Shown here: positions 37,558 to 47,283 of the stretch, in pieces
How the letters are laid out: each line of letters begins with the position of its first letter
Numbering within the stretch: the stretch's first letter is position 1
Assembly: GCA_041752695.1 (NCBI GenBank)
Contig: JBGSVZ010000009.1
Location: forward strand, 32,001-96,000
Direction: 5' to 3'
Origin: Terrimicrobiaceae bacterium
Lineage (GTDB): Bacteria; Verrucomicrobiota; Verrucomicrobiia; Chthoniobacterales; Terrimicrobiaceae
DNA length: 64,000 nucleotides
The notes under the pieces: model-generated
Database searches by the model: none
Told to the model about the DNA's origin: nothing
Seen by the model: the letters and a program-made list of their open reading frames with translations, nothing else
Translations under genes and position numbers: made by a program

Positions 37558-39395
37558 CGGGCGATCAGAAAGTAGAGGAGGCCGACCACGCCGGCTCCAA
37601 AGAAGAAGGCATAGGCCTGAATGTTGCCAAATTGCAGAAACCGCAGCACATAACCCGAGCCCCAGGCAAGGAAACTCGTCATGCGCACCATGATCAGATC
37701 AACCACCCAGCGGTCGGTCCAGCCGCTTAGCCAGGCGAGGCCGCCCTGGATGTTCTTCACGCCCCAGTCATACACATTGTCGATGTAAAAGCGGTTGGAA
37801 AAGAGCGGGATGGAGAGAGGGTCTTTTTCCGCCTTGCCATAGAGCATCCAGGCGAGGCCAACGCCACCCAGCAGCATCGCCAGCAGGACCCAGTGAGCGA
37901 GATGGCTGGGGTGCGCCGGTTCGGAGGCTGCAAAGAAGATGTGCTCGACGAACGGCCAGCCCGCGCCCAGCGCCGCCAGCGCGAGGAGCATCAGGGGAAC
38001 CGTCATGACGAGCGGCGACTCGTGGGCGTGTTTGGCGTGATCACTGCGGGGCGGACCGAGGAAAACGACAAAGATCAAACGGAACGTGTAGAAGGCCGTC
38101 AGGCCCGCCGCCGCCACTGACAGCCAGCCGAGGATGGGCGATTTTTCCAACGCCCAGAGAATGATCAAATCTTTGCTGAAAAAGCCGCTGAAGCCGATCG
38201 GACCAAAACCCGCTCCACTCAGCGCCAGAGCGCCCATCACCATGCAGAGGAAGGTGATCGGGGTTTTGTTTTTCAGCGCGCCCATTTTCCAGATGTCCTG
38301 TTCATGGTGCATGGCCATGATGACCGAGCCGGAGCAGAGGAAGAGCAGGCACTTAAAGAAGGCGTGCGTGAAAAGATGGAACATCGGCACGTCCGCCGAG
38401 TTGGCCACACCGACACCCATCACCATGTAGCCAAGCTGCGAGATGGTCGAGTAGGCCAGGATGCGTTTGATGTCGTTTTGCTGGATGGCCATCAGGCCCG
38501 CCACAAAGAGCGTAATGCCACCGACCCAGGCGATCACTTCCAGAGCCACCGCGGAGGCGACGATCACCGGGAAAATCCGGGCCAGCATATAGACTCCCGC
38601 CGCCACCATCGTCGCCGCGTGCAGCAGCGAAGAAACCGGCGTGGGGCCTTCCATCGAATTCGGCAGCCAGACGTGCAGGGGCAGTTGGGCAGATTTGCCA
38701 ATCGTGCCGCAGAAAATGAGCACGCAGGCGATAGCGAAGTAAATACCGTGGGCTTTGGAGAGCGCCTCGACTTCCGGGGAAAGAACGCCAGCCGGGGCGA
38801 GTTCCGAGAACATCAACGTGCCCGTGGCGAACCAGAGCATGAGGATGCCGAGCATGAAACCGAAGTCGCCGATGCGGTTGACCAGAAAAGCCTGTTTGGA
38901 AGCGTCCGCCGCGGAGTCCTTCGTGTAATAGTGGCCAATGAGAATATAAGAACTCACGCCCACCAACTCCCAGAAGATGAAAATCATCACGAAGTTGTCG
39001 GCCAGTACGATGCCAAGCATTGAGAAGAGGAAAAGCGACAAACCGGCGAAATACCGCCAGTAGCCCTCTTCTTTTTCCATGTAGCCGATGGAGTAGATGA
39101 AAACGAGCGGCGCGATGGTGTTCACCACCACCAGCATGACCTGGCTGAGTTTATCGATGGTCAGTCCGATCGGAGCGCGGAAACCCTCCGCCCCGGGCAG
39201 GACGATCCAGTCGAAGCCAATTTGGCCGGCGGGCGGCTGGGTGAAGACCCACCAACTCAACACCCCGCAAAGCAACGCCGCGCCAATGGCAAGGCCAGCG
39301 CTGAGCTGTTTGGAGAACTTGCCGAAAAAAAGAATCAGCGCCGCCGCGACGAGCGGAGCAAACAAAATGATCCAACAGGCAGTCGCGGCGTCCAT
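37554..39395 (-). CDS. nuoL: NADH-quinone oxidoreductase subunit L
   Basis: FWELVGVSSY, NRIGDFG, GKSAQLPLHVWLPNSMEGPTPVS and HAFFK. Confidence 0.96.
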   Translation of the reverse strand: MDAATACWIILFAPLVAAALILFFGKFSKQLSAGLAIGAALLCGVLSWWVFTQPPAGQIGFDWIVLPGAEGFRAPIGLTIDKLSQVMLVVVNTIAPLVFIYSIGYMEKEEGYWRYFAGLSLFLFSMLGIVLADNFVMIFIFWELVGVSSYILIGHYYTKDSAADASKQAFLVNRIGDFGFMLGILMLWFATGTLMFSELAPAGVLSPEVEALSKAHGIYFAIACVLIFCGTIGKSAQLPLHVWLPNSMEGPTPVSSLLHAATMVAAGVYMLARIFPVIVASAVALEVIAWVGGITLFVAGLMAIQQNDIKRILAYSTISQLGYMVMGVGVANSADVPMFHLFTHAFFKCLLFLCSGSVIMAMHHEQDIWKMGALKNKTPITFLCMVMGALALSGAGFGPIGFSGFFSKDLIILWALEKSPILGWLSVAAAGLTAFYTFRLIFVVFLGPPRSDHAKHAHESPLVMTVPLMLLALAALGAGWPFVEHIFFAASEPAHPSHLAHWVLLAMLLGGVGLAWMLYGKAEKDPLSIPLFSNRFYIDNVYDWGVKNIQGGLAWLSGWTDRWVVDLIMVRMTSFLAWGSGYVLRFLQFGNIQAYAFFFGAGVVGLLYFLIAR

Positions 39396-39751
39396 CAGAA
39401 ATGCAGGCTATCGAGATCCTCGACGTGAGTGGTCTGTTTTGCGCGGAAGAGGGCCACAATGATGGCCAAGCCCACCGCCACCTCGGCGGCAGCGACGGTG
39501 ATGATGAAAAACACCAACATCTGACCATTATAATTGGGCAGCAAGGCCGCCCCGCCTTCCCAAGCCTCAAACACCTTCTGGGAAGTGGGAAGGAAGCGCG
39601 AGAAGGCCACCAGCGAGAGGTTCGCCGCGCTGAGCATAAGCTCCAGACACATGAAAATGATGATGATGTTGCGCCGCAGCAGGACACCGGCCAGGCCAAT
39701 GGCGAAAAGCAGCCCGCTGACCGCCAGATAATGAGCAAGCGTCGGGACCAT
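39395..39751 (-). CDS. nuoK: NADH-quinone oxidoreductase subunit K
   Basis: RRNIII...ELMLSAANL and [13 protein letters not shown]. Confidence 0.93.
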   Translation of the reverse strand: MVPTLAHYLAVSGLLFAIGLAGVLLRRNIIIIFMCLELMLSAANLSLVAFSRFLPTSQKVFEAWEGGAALLPNYNGQMLVFFIITVAAAEVAVGLAIIVALFRAKQTTHVEDLDSLHF

Positions 39752-40254
39752 TATTTCAGCTCCTTCTTGCTGAGCAGCACGACGCCCACGGTTGCCACCA
39801 AGAGGAGGACGCCCACGATTTGGAACGGCAGTGTGTAGCTTTTGAAAAGGGTCACACCCACGCCCACCACGTCCGTCACAGCCGTCGCGGCAATCGGGGT
39901 TTTCGGAAAATCGTATCCGGGCTTGGTGAAAATCACCTTGGCCAGCAGGCCGAGAAATCCGACGAGCACCAGTCCACCGCCAGCCCACGCCGCAATGTTC
40001 AGGCGGCGGGTTTTTTCATCCCGCAAATTGAGCAGCATGATGATGAAAAGGAAAAGCACCATCACGGCGCCCGCGTATACCAACACCTGGACGACCCCGA
40101 TGAAAAACGCGTCCAGCGTGACAAACAACGCCGCCAGTCCCACGAAGGACAGTACCAGGCTGAGCGCGCTGGAGATCGGGTTGCGCAGAAACACCACAGC
40201 CAGCGCGAACACCAGCATCAGGGCGGAAAAAATCCAAAAAAGGGCAAGCTCCAT
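39751..40254 (-). CDS. nuoJ: NADH-quinone oxidoreductase subunit J
   Basis: NPISSAL and [20 protein letters not shown]. Confidence 0.93.
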   Translation of the reverse strand: MELALFWIFSALMLVFALAVVFLRNPISSALSLVLSFVGLAALFVTLDAFFIGVVQVLVYAGAVMVLFLFIIMLLNLRDEKTRRLNIAAWAGGGLVLVGFLGLLAKVIFTKPGYDFPKTPIAATAVTDVVGVGVTLFKSYTLPFQIVGVLLLVATVGVVLLSKKELK

Positions 40255-40294
40255 GGTCAGGCGCAGAGGTTGTACCAACGTGCGGGACGGGCGG

Positions 40295-40825
40295 CTACTT
40301 TTTTTCGTTCCACTTGTAAACCAGCCCCTCGACGACTCCGCCCATCTCGTAAAGCTTTTCCTTGTTGTGCTTCATCTCGGCCCGGGAGTATCCCGTGATC
40401 GAGTATTCTTTTTTCAAGAAAATGGCCTGTTCGGGGCAGACTTCCTCGCAGAGCCCGCAATAAATGCAGCGGATCATGTCGATCTCGAACTCACGGGGCC
40501 GTTTTTCCACCTTGGCCCAGCGGTCCTCGGCGGGAATCTCCATCGGCTGGATGGTGATGGCGCGGGGAGGACAGATGAATTCACACAACTGGCAGGCCAC
40601 GCAGCGCTCCTTGCCGTGCTCGTCCGTCACCAAGGCCGGGGCCCCGCGATAGTAGGACGGGAGCTGGGAATCCCACTTTTCCTCGGGATACTGCATCGTC
40701 ACCTTCGTTTTCCCCAAAAGCAGGTTTTTCAGGTGCTTGAAGGTGATCGCCAAGCCGGCGACGATCGCCGGGAGATACATTTTCTCCCGGAAATTGAGTT
40801 TCGGACGTTGGACTACGAGCGCCAT
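40295..40825 (-). CDS. nuoI: NADH-quinone oxidoreductase subunit I
   Basis: TMQYPEE; two 4Fe-4S motifs CVACQLCEFICP and CIYCGLCEEVCP. Confidence 0.95.
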   Translation of the reverse strand: MALVVQRPKLNFREKMYLPAIVAGLAITFKHLKNLLLGKTKVTMQYPEEKWDSQLPSYYRGAPALVTDEHGKERCVACQLCEFICPPRAITIQPMEIPAEDRWAKVEKRPREFEIDMIRCIYCGLCEEVCPEQAIFLKKEYSITGYSRAEMKHNKEKLYEMGGVVEGLVYKWNEKK

Positions 40826-40919
40826 GTGGTAACCATCGAACTAAAGGAGAATTGGCGCGGCAGGCAAGCTCTTATCCGGGAGAATGTGTCTCAAAACTTC
40901 CGGCCCGCCTACGCCTGGG

Positions 40920-41993
40920 TCATTGTGCCCCCGGGGGACCCAGCCACCGCTGTGCCTGACGCGACCAGTCCGGGGCATTGATTATGTCGATGATCGCTAC
41001 ATTCACGGCCTGCAGATGCGGAAAGTCCGGCCGGCACGCCATGGCGAACGTCACATGCATGGCCGGAAACGCAGCCACCCGCAGGGTCCCGGGCGTGTCC
41101 CGTCGCACGGCGTATCGCAGCGCGGCATCATTGCCCACGAACGCGGTAATTTGCCGGGACTCCATGGCGGCGAGCCCATCCTCCACCGTGGCGTATCCCT
41201 GCACGGGAATTCCGGCCCCTTTGAGAAAATCCTCCGCCAGCGACCCCGTCACCACCCCATTGCGGAAGGAAGCCAGGTCGTGCACGCTCGTGATCGAACG
41301 ATTGAGTTCCGCGAGCGTGATGCTCGACGCCACGGAACCGGTAAAGGCGCTCACCAGGACAATCCCCAGAAACATCCAGACGAAGGCCAACCCCCGCCCC
41401 AGCGGGGTCTGCGGGGTTTTGTCGCCATAACCCACCGTCGTCATCGTCACCGCCGCAAACCACAACGCCGACCCAAATCCATGAATCGGTCGCCCCCCGA
41501 AATGCGTCTTCTGCACCCGACGCTCAATGAGCCAGAGAAGAAGACTGAAAACAAAAAGCGTGCCCATCATCACGCCAATCACCGTCAGCAAACCCTGCAG
41601 GCTGATTCCCCTCATGGCCTGACGAAAACTGGTCAGCGGCTCCCGGCCGGGGAGAACGACGGCGGCGGAGGTGATCAAGTACGGCTGGGTGAAATCCACC
41701 AGACGCTCGCGATCCGCCGACACCCCGATCTCCCCGAGCGCCACATCGAGTTCGCCGTGGTTGAGCTTTTCAATGATCTCGTCCAGAGGCACCTCCACGT
41801 ATTCGTAAGCCAGACCGAGTTCGCCGCTCACCGCCTCCCAAAGATCCACCGACAGGCCCCGCCAGTGTCCATCATCGTCCTTCATGGCGAGGGGCGCGCG
41901 TGGAAATACCCCCACTTTTAATTTGGGAGCCGTCTCCTCCGCGGCGGCCGGAAGGACCAGGGCGAGGACCAGGAAAAACAAGGGCAGACGCAT
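40920..41993 (-). CDS. GluR0-like ligand-gated potassium channel (split substrate-binding domain around a K+ pore)
   Basis: Signal peptide; SBP family 3 half (GLSVDLW...RERLVDFTQPY); TM; TMTTVGYGDKTP; TM; second SBP half. Confidence 0.9.
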   Translation of the reverse strand: MRLPLFFLVLALVLPAAAEETAPKLKVGVFPRAPLAMKDDDGHWRGLSVDLWEAVSGELGLAYEYVEVPLDEIIEKLNHGELDVALGEIGVSADRERLVDFTQPYLITSAAVVLPGREPLTSFRQAMRGISLQGLLTVIGVMMGTLFVFSLLLWLIERRVQKTHFGGRPIHGFGSALWFAAVTMTTVGYGDKTPQTPLGRGLAFVWMFLGIVLVSAFTGSVASSITLAELNRSITSVHDLASFRNGVVTGSLAEDFLKGAGIPVQGYATVEDGLAAMESRQITAFVGNDAALRYAVRRDTPGTLRVAAFPAMHVTFAMACRPDFPHLQAVNVAIIDIINAPDWSRQAQRWLGPPGAQ

Positions 41994-42049
41994 GATTTCT
42001 TTGCGCATCTTCGCACTTTGTCGGATCACTGTCACTCCTCACTCACCGC

Positions 42050-44377
42050 TTGGAACTCACCGAAAAACTTCTCGTCTCCCTGGCTGGCTGGCCCGTCCTG
42101 AAAGAAGCCCGCGCCCTGCACGCCGCCCGGCGGGTCAGCGAGGCTTCCTACGAGCCTCCTGTCCTGCGCGGCAAGATCTCCGAAGGCGGCAAACAGTTCG
42201 GCGCCGGCCTGAAGCTGCGCAACTCCATCGACATCGAAAATCTCTGCCCCTGCCGCGATTCGCGGGTGCGCGGCATCATTTGTGTCCACTCCGTTGCCGT
42301 CGGGCTGCAAGTCCTGAATCCCCTGGTGGGTGCCGCTCCCTCCACACCGCAGACCGCCACCCCGACCCCGCGCGGCCCCACCACCAACGAAACCCCCGTT
42401 GTCGAACTCACCCTGGAAGGCTCCCTCCGCCACCTGGAGGCGCAGATCGCCTTCCGCTACACCACCCCCGGAACTTCGAATCCCGCCAAGGAAGCCGAGG
42501 CGCTATCGAAGCTTATCGGCCTGGGATTTGCCGACTATAAAGGCAAGGCTGCCCTCCAAAGCGAGGAGTCCGTCGTACGGTTTTTTGCCGGGGCACTTCC
42601 GGAGCTGAAAAAAATCTGGCAGGTCCGCGAGGGCGAACGGTTCCAACACGTCACCAACGACCTTGTCCGCATCGAACCGCATTTTGCCCTCCGGGAAAAA
42701 GACGATGGCTGGCTGGATTTTCACGTCCATTACACCGCGGGCAAGGAAGCCGTTTTTTCCCCCGCCGACATCGCCGCCCTCCTGCGCTCCGGCGGCAGCA
42801 CGAAACTCAAAGACGGCCGCACCGCCATCGCCGACCCCGCCCTGGCCGCCGACCTCGAAGAAGTCCTGCGCGACTGCAACCCCCGCCAGGAACGTGGCGC
42901 CTACCGCGTTGCCCCGGCCCAGCGCGACTACCTCGAAGCGAGCCTCGCCGCCTGGCAAGGTAGGGAGGATTGTCCCCAATCCTCCGTCGACGGAGGGGCA
43001 GGGACAACCCTCCCTACCCAGATCCCCCTCCGCCCCTATCAGATCGAAGGCACCCGCTGGCTCCTCGCCAAGGCCCTCACCGGCTCCGGCGGCCTGCTCG
43101 CCGACGAAATGGGTCTCGGCAAGACCGTCCAGACCCTCGCCCTCGTCGAAGCGCTCACCGGTCCTGTCCTCGTTGTCTGCCCGTCCTCCCTGGTCTGGAA
43201 CTGGAAACGCGAAGCCGCCCACTTTCTCCCCACCCTGCCCGTCCTCACCCTCGACGGACCGAACCGCGAGAAGTCCTTCCCTGCCATTCCTGCCCACCGC
43301 CTCATCGTCACCAGCTACGCCCTCCTCCGCCGCGACATCGAAAAATACAAAGGCCTCAACTTTTCCGCCGTCATCCTCGACGAGGCCCAGCACATCAAAA
43401 ACCCCGACAGCCAGAACGCCAAAGCGGCCTGCCTGCTTTCCGCCCGCAGCCGCTTCATCCTCACCGGCACCCCCATCGAAAACAGCCTTCGCGATCTCTG
43501 GTCGCTCTACGAATTTCTCCTCCCCGGCTACCTCGGCCCGCGCCAGGATTTCAAGGACCGCTACGAAACGCCGCTCATCAACGGCGAACGCGGGTCCACT
43601 TGGGAACGCCTCCAGCGCCGCATCCGCCCGCACCTCCTCCGCCGTCTCAAAAAGAACATCCTCACGGAGCTTCCCGACAAAATCGAACAGGTCATCGAGG
43701 TCGAACTTAGCGAAAAACAAAAGGCCGCCTACACCCAGCTCCAGCAGACCGCCCGCGCGGAGATCGACCAACTCAAGGACCAGGGCGGCGCGGCCAGAAT
43801 GCGTGTCCTCACCGCCCTCCTCCGCCTGCGCCAGGCCTGCTGCGACCTCCGCCTCCTCGGCGCGCCGGAAGGTTCCTCAGCCAAACTCGACGCCCTGCTG
43901 GAACTCCTCGGCGAAGCCATCGACGGCGGCCACCGCGTGCTGGTTTTCAGTCAGTTCACTTCGATGCTCGACCTCATTGCCTCCTCCCTCGACGAACAGG
44001 CCATCGTCCACTGCCGCCTCGACGGCTCCACCCGCAACCGCGAGGAGGTCGTCCAGCGTTTCCAGACCGGGACCGTGCCGGTTTTTCTCATCAGCCTGAA
44101 AGCCGGCGGCGTCGGACTCAACCTCACCGCCGCGGACACCGTAATCCATTTCGACCCTTGGTGGAACCCCGCCGTGGAAGCCCAGGCCACCGACCGCGCC
44201 CACCGCATCGGCCAGAAAAGCGTCGTCACCTCCATCAAACTCATCGCCCGCGACACCGTCGAAGAACGCGTCCTCCGCATGCAGGAAAAAAAGCGCGCAC
44301 TCATCACCGGCGCCCTCGATACGGAGGCCTCCCTCAGCGCCCTGTCGGCCGACGACCTGAGGGATCTGGTCGGGTAA
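42050..44377 (+). CDS. SNF2-family helicase with SWIM zinc finger
   Basis: CPC...CVH; LRPYQ, LADEMGLGKT, DEAQHIKN, TGTPIEN and QATDRAHRIGQ; TTG start. Confidence 0.95.
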   Translation: MELTEKLLVSLAGWPVLKEARALHAARRVSEASYEPPVLRGKISEGGKQFGAGLKLRNSIDIENLCPCRDSRVRGIICVHSVAVGLQVLNPLVGAAPSTPQTATPTPRGPTTNETPVVELTLEGSLRHLEAQIAFRYTTPGTSNPAKEAEALSKLIGLGFADYKGKAALQSEESVVRFFAGALPELKKIWQVREGERFQHVTNDLVRIEPHFALREKDDGWLDFHVHYTAGKEAVFSPADIAALLRSGGSTKLKDGRTAIADPALAADLEEVLRDCNPRQERGAYRVAPAQRDYLEASLAAWQGREDCPQSSVDGGAGTTLPTQIPLRPYQIEGTRWLLAKALTGSGGLLADEMGLGKTVQTLALVEALTGPVLVVCPSSLVWNWKREAAHFLPTLPVLTLDGPNREKSFPAIPAHRLIVTSYALLRRDIEKYKGLNFSAVILDEAQHIKNPDSQNAKAACLLSARSRFILTGTPIENSLRDLWSLYEFLLPGYLGPRQDFKDRYETPLINGERGSTWERLQRRIRPHLLRRLKKNILTELPDKIEQVIEVELSEKQKAAYTQLQQTARAEIDQLKDQGGAARMRVLTALLRLRQACCDLRLLGAPEGSSAKLDALLELLGEAIDGGHRVLVFSQFTSMLDLIASSLDEQAIVHCRLDGSTRNREEVVQRFQTGTVPVFLISLKAGGVGLNLTAADTVIHFDPWWNPAVEAQATDRAHRIGQKSVVTSIKLIARDTVEERVLRMQEKKRALITGALDTEASLSALSADDLRDLVG
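42959..43018. repeat. GTAG-type REP doublet (60 bp) in frame within the SNF2 gene
   Basis: GGTAGGGAGGATTGTCCC...GGGACAACCCTCCCTACC arms around CCTCCGTCGACGGAGG. Confidence 0.82.
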
Positions 44378-44435
44378 GAATGGAGGGGCACCCGCTGGCG
44401 TGTCCCAATTTAGGTTAGCTTGGCTTTACCCCGGA

Positions 44436-45029
44436 CTAAAACGTCGTGACCGGTGTGGTGTTCACCTGCGTCTCGTTCACCAATTTTCCCTTGTCATACA
44501 TCCGCTGCGTGGCGCTGAGGAAAAACTTGAACGAATCGAAGAAGCTAAACAATTCCGAGCGCACCTTCACTTCGATCTTGTCCCCTTTCACTTTCAGGCC
44601 GCTGACATCAATCTCGCGCATCCGTCCCTTGTATTCGACTGAATTGCTGGAAACCACGAACTTATTATCGCCCTGATTCTGAAAGATAAAAAATCCCACG
44701 TCCTGCCCGAAGTTCGGAGCCGTGGCGGACACCCCGCCCGTGGCAGCATCCTGATCGATATCAAAGCCAAAATAATACGAAACCGACTCCTTCGGATTAG
44801 CGGGCAGCTTCCCCTGCAACGTGATTTCGAAACTCAGCCTCTGTTTTCCCTCGCGGGTCACTTTCACATCTTTGAAATGCATGTAATCCGGCCGTTGCTC
44901 AGAAAAGCCTTCTTTGGGAGCTTTTCCTTGCACGACGAGCGATTGTTTGGCCTCCTCCGCCAACCCGGAGGCCGGCATCAGCAAGAGCGTTCCGAGGCAG
45001 ACAGCGTTGAAGAGTGACCCGATATTCAT
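44436..45029 (-). CDS. Secreted beta-rich hypothetical protein
   Basis: Signal peptide (GLA-EE); FDIDQDAATGG motif; start MNIGS. Confidence 0.72.
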   Translation of the reverse strand: MNIGSLFNAVCLGTLLLMPASGLAEEAKQSLVVQGKAPKEGFSEQRPDYMHFKDVKVTREGKQRLSFEITLQGKLPANPKESVSYYFGFDIDQDAATGGVSATAPNFGQDVGFFIFQNQGDNKFVVSSNSVEYKGRMREIDVSGLKVKGDKIEVKVRSELFSFFDSFKFFLSATQRMYDKGKLVNETQVNTTPVTTF

Positions 45030-45275
45030 GGCGCGGAGACTCTGGCAAGAATCCCGGAAACACAAATCCTTTTGCAACCGCCGCCCTGTGCTGATCCGGT
45101 TGAAAATCTGCAACTCTTTGAGCCGGAATCTCTCACCCACTTTTTCCCGCCTTCATTTTTTCCGATCCATTCCGCCTGACTCCGCAACGCACGCCACATC
45201 CGGGGCAACTGGGAAAAGCACGAAGGAACCGGTTTGTTCAATCTAGACCAAAAATCACCACGGCAGGGGATTCCG

Positions 45276-45337
45276 GCGTTGGAGTCCAGCCTTTAGGCTG
45301 CTCTGAAAGGCGCACGCTAAAGCGTGAACTCCAACGC
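45276..45337. repeat. GGAG-type REP doublet
   Basis: GCGTTGGAGT-CCAGCCTTTAGGCTG...CACGCTAAAGCGTG-AACTCCAACGC. Confidence 0.85.
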
Positions 45338-45471
45338 TTCGCCAAGGTTCAGTAACTTTTCCTTTATACGCCCCAAAAACGAAGACGCAAAGCGGCTCCC
45401 TCCCGCCTCAAAGGCCCCCTGAGGTGAGGGGGAGCGAGGTCCGGCTCTACGGCTTCGCCCGAACGGCAGAC

Positions 45472-45955
45472 CTAATCTTCCCTTTTGTCCAAGAGAGGCT
45501 GATCCTTCCTGGGATCGGAGCCGAGCCAGAGAATATTTCCGTCAATGTCCTCAAACTTCATCTCATAGGCCCAGGTGTAATTCCGCGGCTCCTGAAAGAC
45601 TTTGACCCCTTTGGAGCGGTAGAGCTCGAAGAGCGCCACATCCGCGCCCATCCAAACCCAGGCCGGGGACCCGATTTTGTCCGTCTGCGAGAGCATGATG
45701 GGACGATTATCGCGGGACACCGAGCAAATCGTGTCCCCCTTGGCACCGCCCCAATCGAGCTTGAAACCAAGGGTCTCCCTATAAAACGTAATGCTGCGCT
45801 GAAGATCGCGCACGGGCAAGACGGGAATGGTGTTTCCAATTTTGGGTGCCGGAGTCATGGTGTCTTTCTGGGAGTTGGGAGGATTGTCCGCAAGCCCAGT
45901 TGAAGAAAAAAGCCCCAAAATGCCGAGGGCCATTCGCAGGATGAGAGGCTTCATA
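45472..45955 (-). CDS. VOC/glyoxalase-bleomycin resistance family protein
   Basis: IPVLPVRDLQRSITFYRETLGF and WAYEMKFEDIDGNILW; start either MKPLI (signal-like, 45955) or MTPAP. Confidence 0.82.
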
Positions 45956-46326
45956 TTTTTAAAAGTGATCACGAGAGTCCGGGCATCGAGCCCTTTCCTA
46001 TTTTATTCGTGGCGCTCTCGGCATCCTCAGACTTTCCCATTTTCCTTCGTCCTTCAAAACCTTTTCGCACACATGCACGGACTACTTCAATTTTATGGTT
46101 CGGGAACGCAGATGTCAGCAATCCTACGAACCACTTCCTTCACTGCGTCATAATAGTCTTTGACTCGAATGTAGGTATCCGAGTCTATCCACCCATTTTT
46201 GGGTGATAACCGAAAAAAGTCCGGAACGCGGCGAAGGTTTGACTTCCTCATTTGACCGGAAAGTTGGGGGTAAACGTGGGGAAAGTCGAGCCCGACGGAC
46301 GGGCGGCTCTTCCTCGGCGAGGCTCG

Positions 46327-46379
46327 GGAGTTTCCAGCCTAACGGCCTTTCCGAGCAGCCTAAAGGCTGAACTCCAACG
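46327..46379. repeat. Degenerate GGAG-type REP doublet, same family as 45276-45337
   Basis: CAGCCTAAAGGCTGAACTCCAACG intact on the right; left unit decayed. Confidence 0.75.
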
Positions 46380-46399
46380 GTCGACCTCCGCTCCTTGAC

Positions 46400-46524
46400 C
46401 AACTGCGCTTCGTCCCAGCGTTTGACTTCGGCGGCGGCGAGGCGGGTTTCGACGCCGAGATTTTCGAGGATGGGGCGACGTGGTTGTCCACGGTGCGAAA
46501 GTGGCAGGCGAGGATGATGAGCAA
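46400..46524 (-). pseudogene. Frameshifted fragment of a LuxR/NarL-type HTH domain
   Basis: Two frames joined near 46473 read LIILACHFRTVDNHVA/ILENLGVETRLAAAEV; no start and an in-frame stop upstream. Confidence 0.7.
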
Positions 46525-46550
46525 CGAGGAACCTGGACCTGCGAGATGGA

Positions 46551-46568
46551 CGGAGCCCCTGGGCTCCG
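46551..46568. terminator. Short hairpin downstream of the PIN/RHH TA pair
   Basis: CGGAGCCC-CT-GGGCTCCG perfect inverted repeat; no clear U-tract. Confidence 0.35.
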
Positions 46569-46615
46569 ATCAGCAACTACTGTCACTCCCCACGAAGGCT
46601 CCCCGCAACGAACGA

Positions 46616-46870
46616 TCAGCCCGCGTTGGACGGGGAAAGACGGTCGTGTTCTTCGGGTTCGACATCCGGAACCTTGGCAAGCACGCGGTCAAATTTTTCG
46701 CGACTGCCGCGCGCGGCGCGTTCCCGAATATAGCCTTCCGCATCCAAAACCGCGACCTTCTCGGCCAGCGCCGATGCAATGAATTGGTCGAGCGGAACGC
46801 CGTCATCCTGCGCGAGAGACTGCGCCCGGCGATGGAGCGATTCAGGAATGTTCACGTTCAGCGTGCTCAT
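46616..46870 (-). CDS. Ribbon-helix-helix (HicB-like) antitoxin
   Basis: MSTLNVNIPESLHRRAQSLAQDDGVPLDQFIASALAEKV; ATGA overlap with the PIN gene. Confidence 0.85.
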   Translation of the reverse strand: MSTLNVNIPESLHRRAQSLAQDDGVPLDQFIASALAEKVAVLDAEGYIRERAARGSREKFDRVLAKVPDVEPEEHDRLSPSNAG

Positions 46871-47283
46871 GATGTTGAGAGAATACCCAAAAACTCGTCC
46901 GGTGTCACCGCCCGAATTCCGAGAGCCTCCGCGCGCCGAAAGTGGCGAATGTTTTGGGTGATGATAAAGGCCGCACCGCCCGCCAACGCCAGTTCAAGCA
47001 CGGAATCATCTTTCGGGTCGGGTAAATAAGGTCGCCAGAGAAAGTGAATGCGGCACTCGATGCACTGCGACAGGAGATAGTCGAGGAAGTCACCAATGTC
47101 GTTCGAGGAATAGTTCAAAAGCAATCCAGGGCGGCACAAGACATCCTCGTACTCCAGGCAGAGCGGCGGGGAAATGACGGGCTGAAAGTGCGGAGAACCA
47201 AGACTCTGAACGAGACGAAAGGAGGCCCCTCGCCGAGGTCGCAGCGAGTAGAGCAGGACGTTGGTATCTATCACAACTCGCAT
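46867..47283 (-). CDS. PIN-family putative toxin
   Basis: VVIDTNV, LEYEDVL and LPDPKDDSVLELA...IITQN. Confidence 0.88.
   Translation of the reverse strand: MRVVIDTNVLLYSLRPRRGASFRLVQSLGSPHFQPVISPPLCLEYEDVLCRPGLLLNYSSNDIGDFLDYLLSQCIECRIHFLWRPYLPDPKDDSVLELALAGGAAFIITQNIRHFRRAEALGIRAVTPDEFLGILSTS

Noticed and set aside
42050..44377. SNF2 helicase as part of a defence system (DISARM/Zorya-type)
   Set aside because: Stand-alone SWIM-SNF2 with no partner genes; the ExbBD operon lacks the ZorA tail and ZorB OmpA domain.
45276..46379. Possible CRISPR array or integron attC sites
   Set aside because: Only two palindromic doublets about 1 kb apart, no regular spacers, no cas or intI gene; they fit REP elements better.
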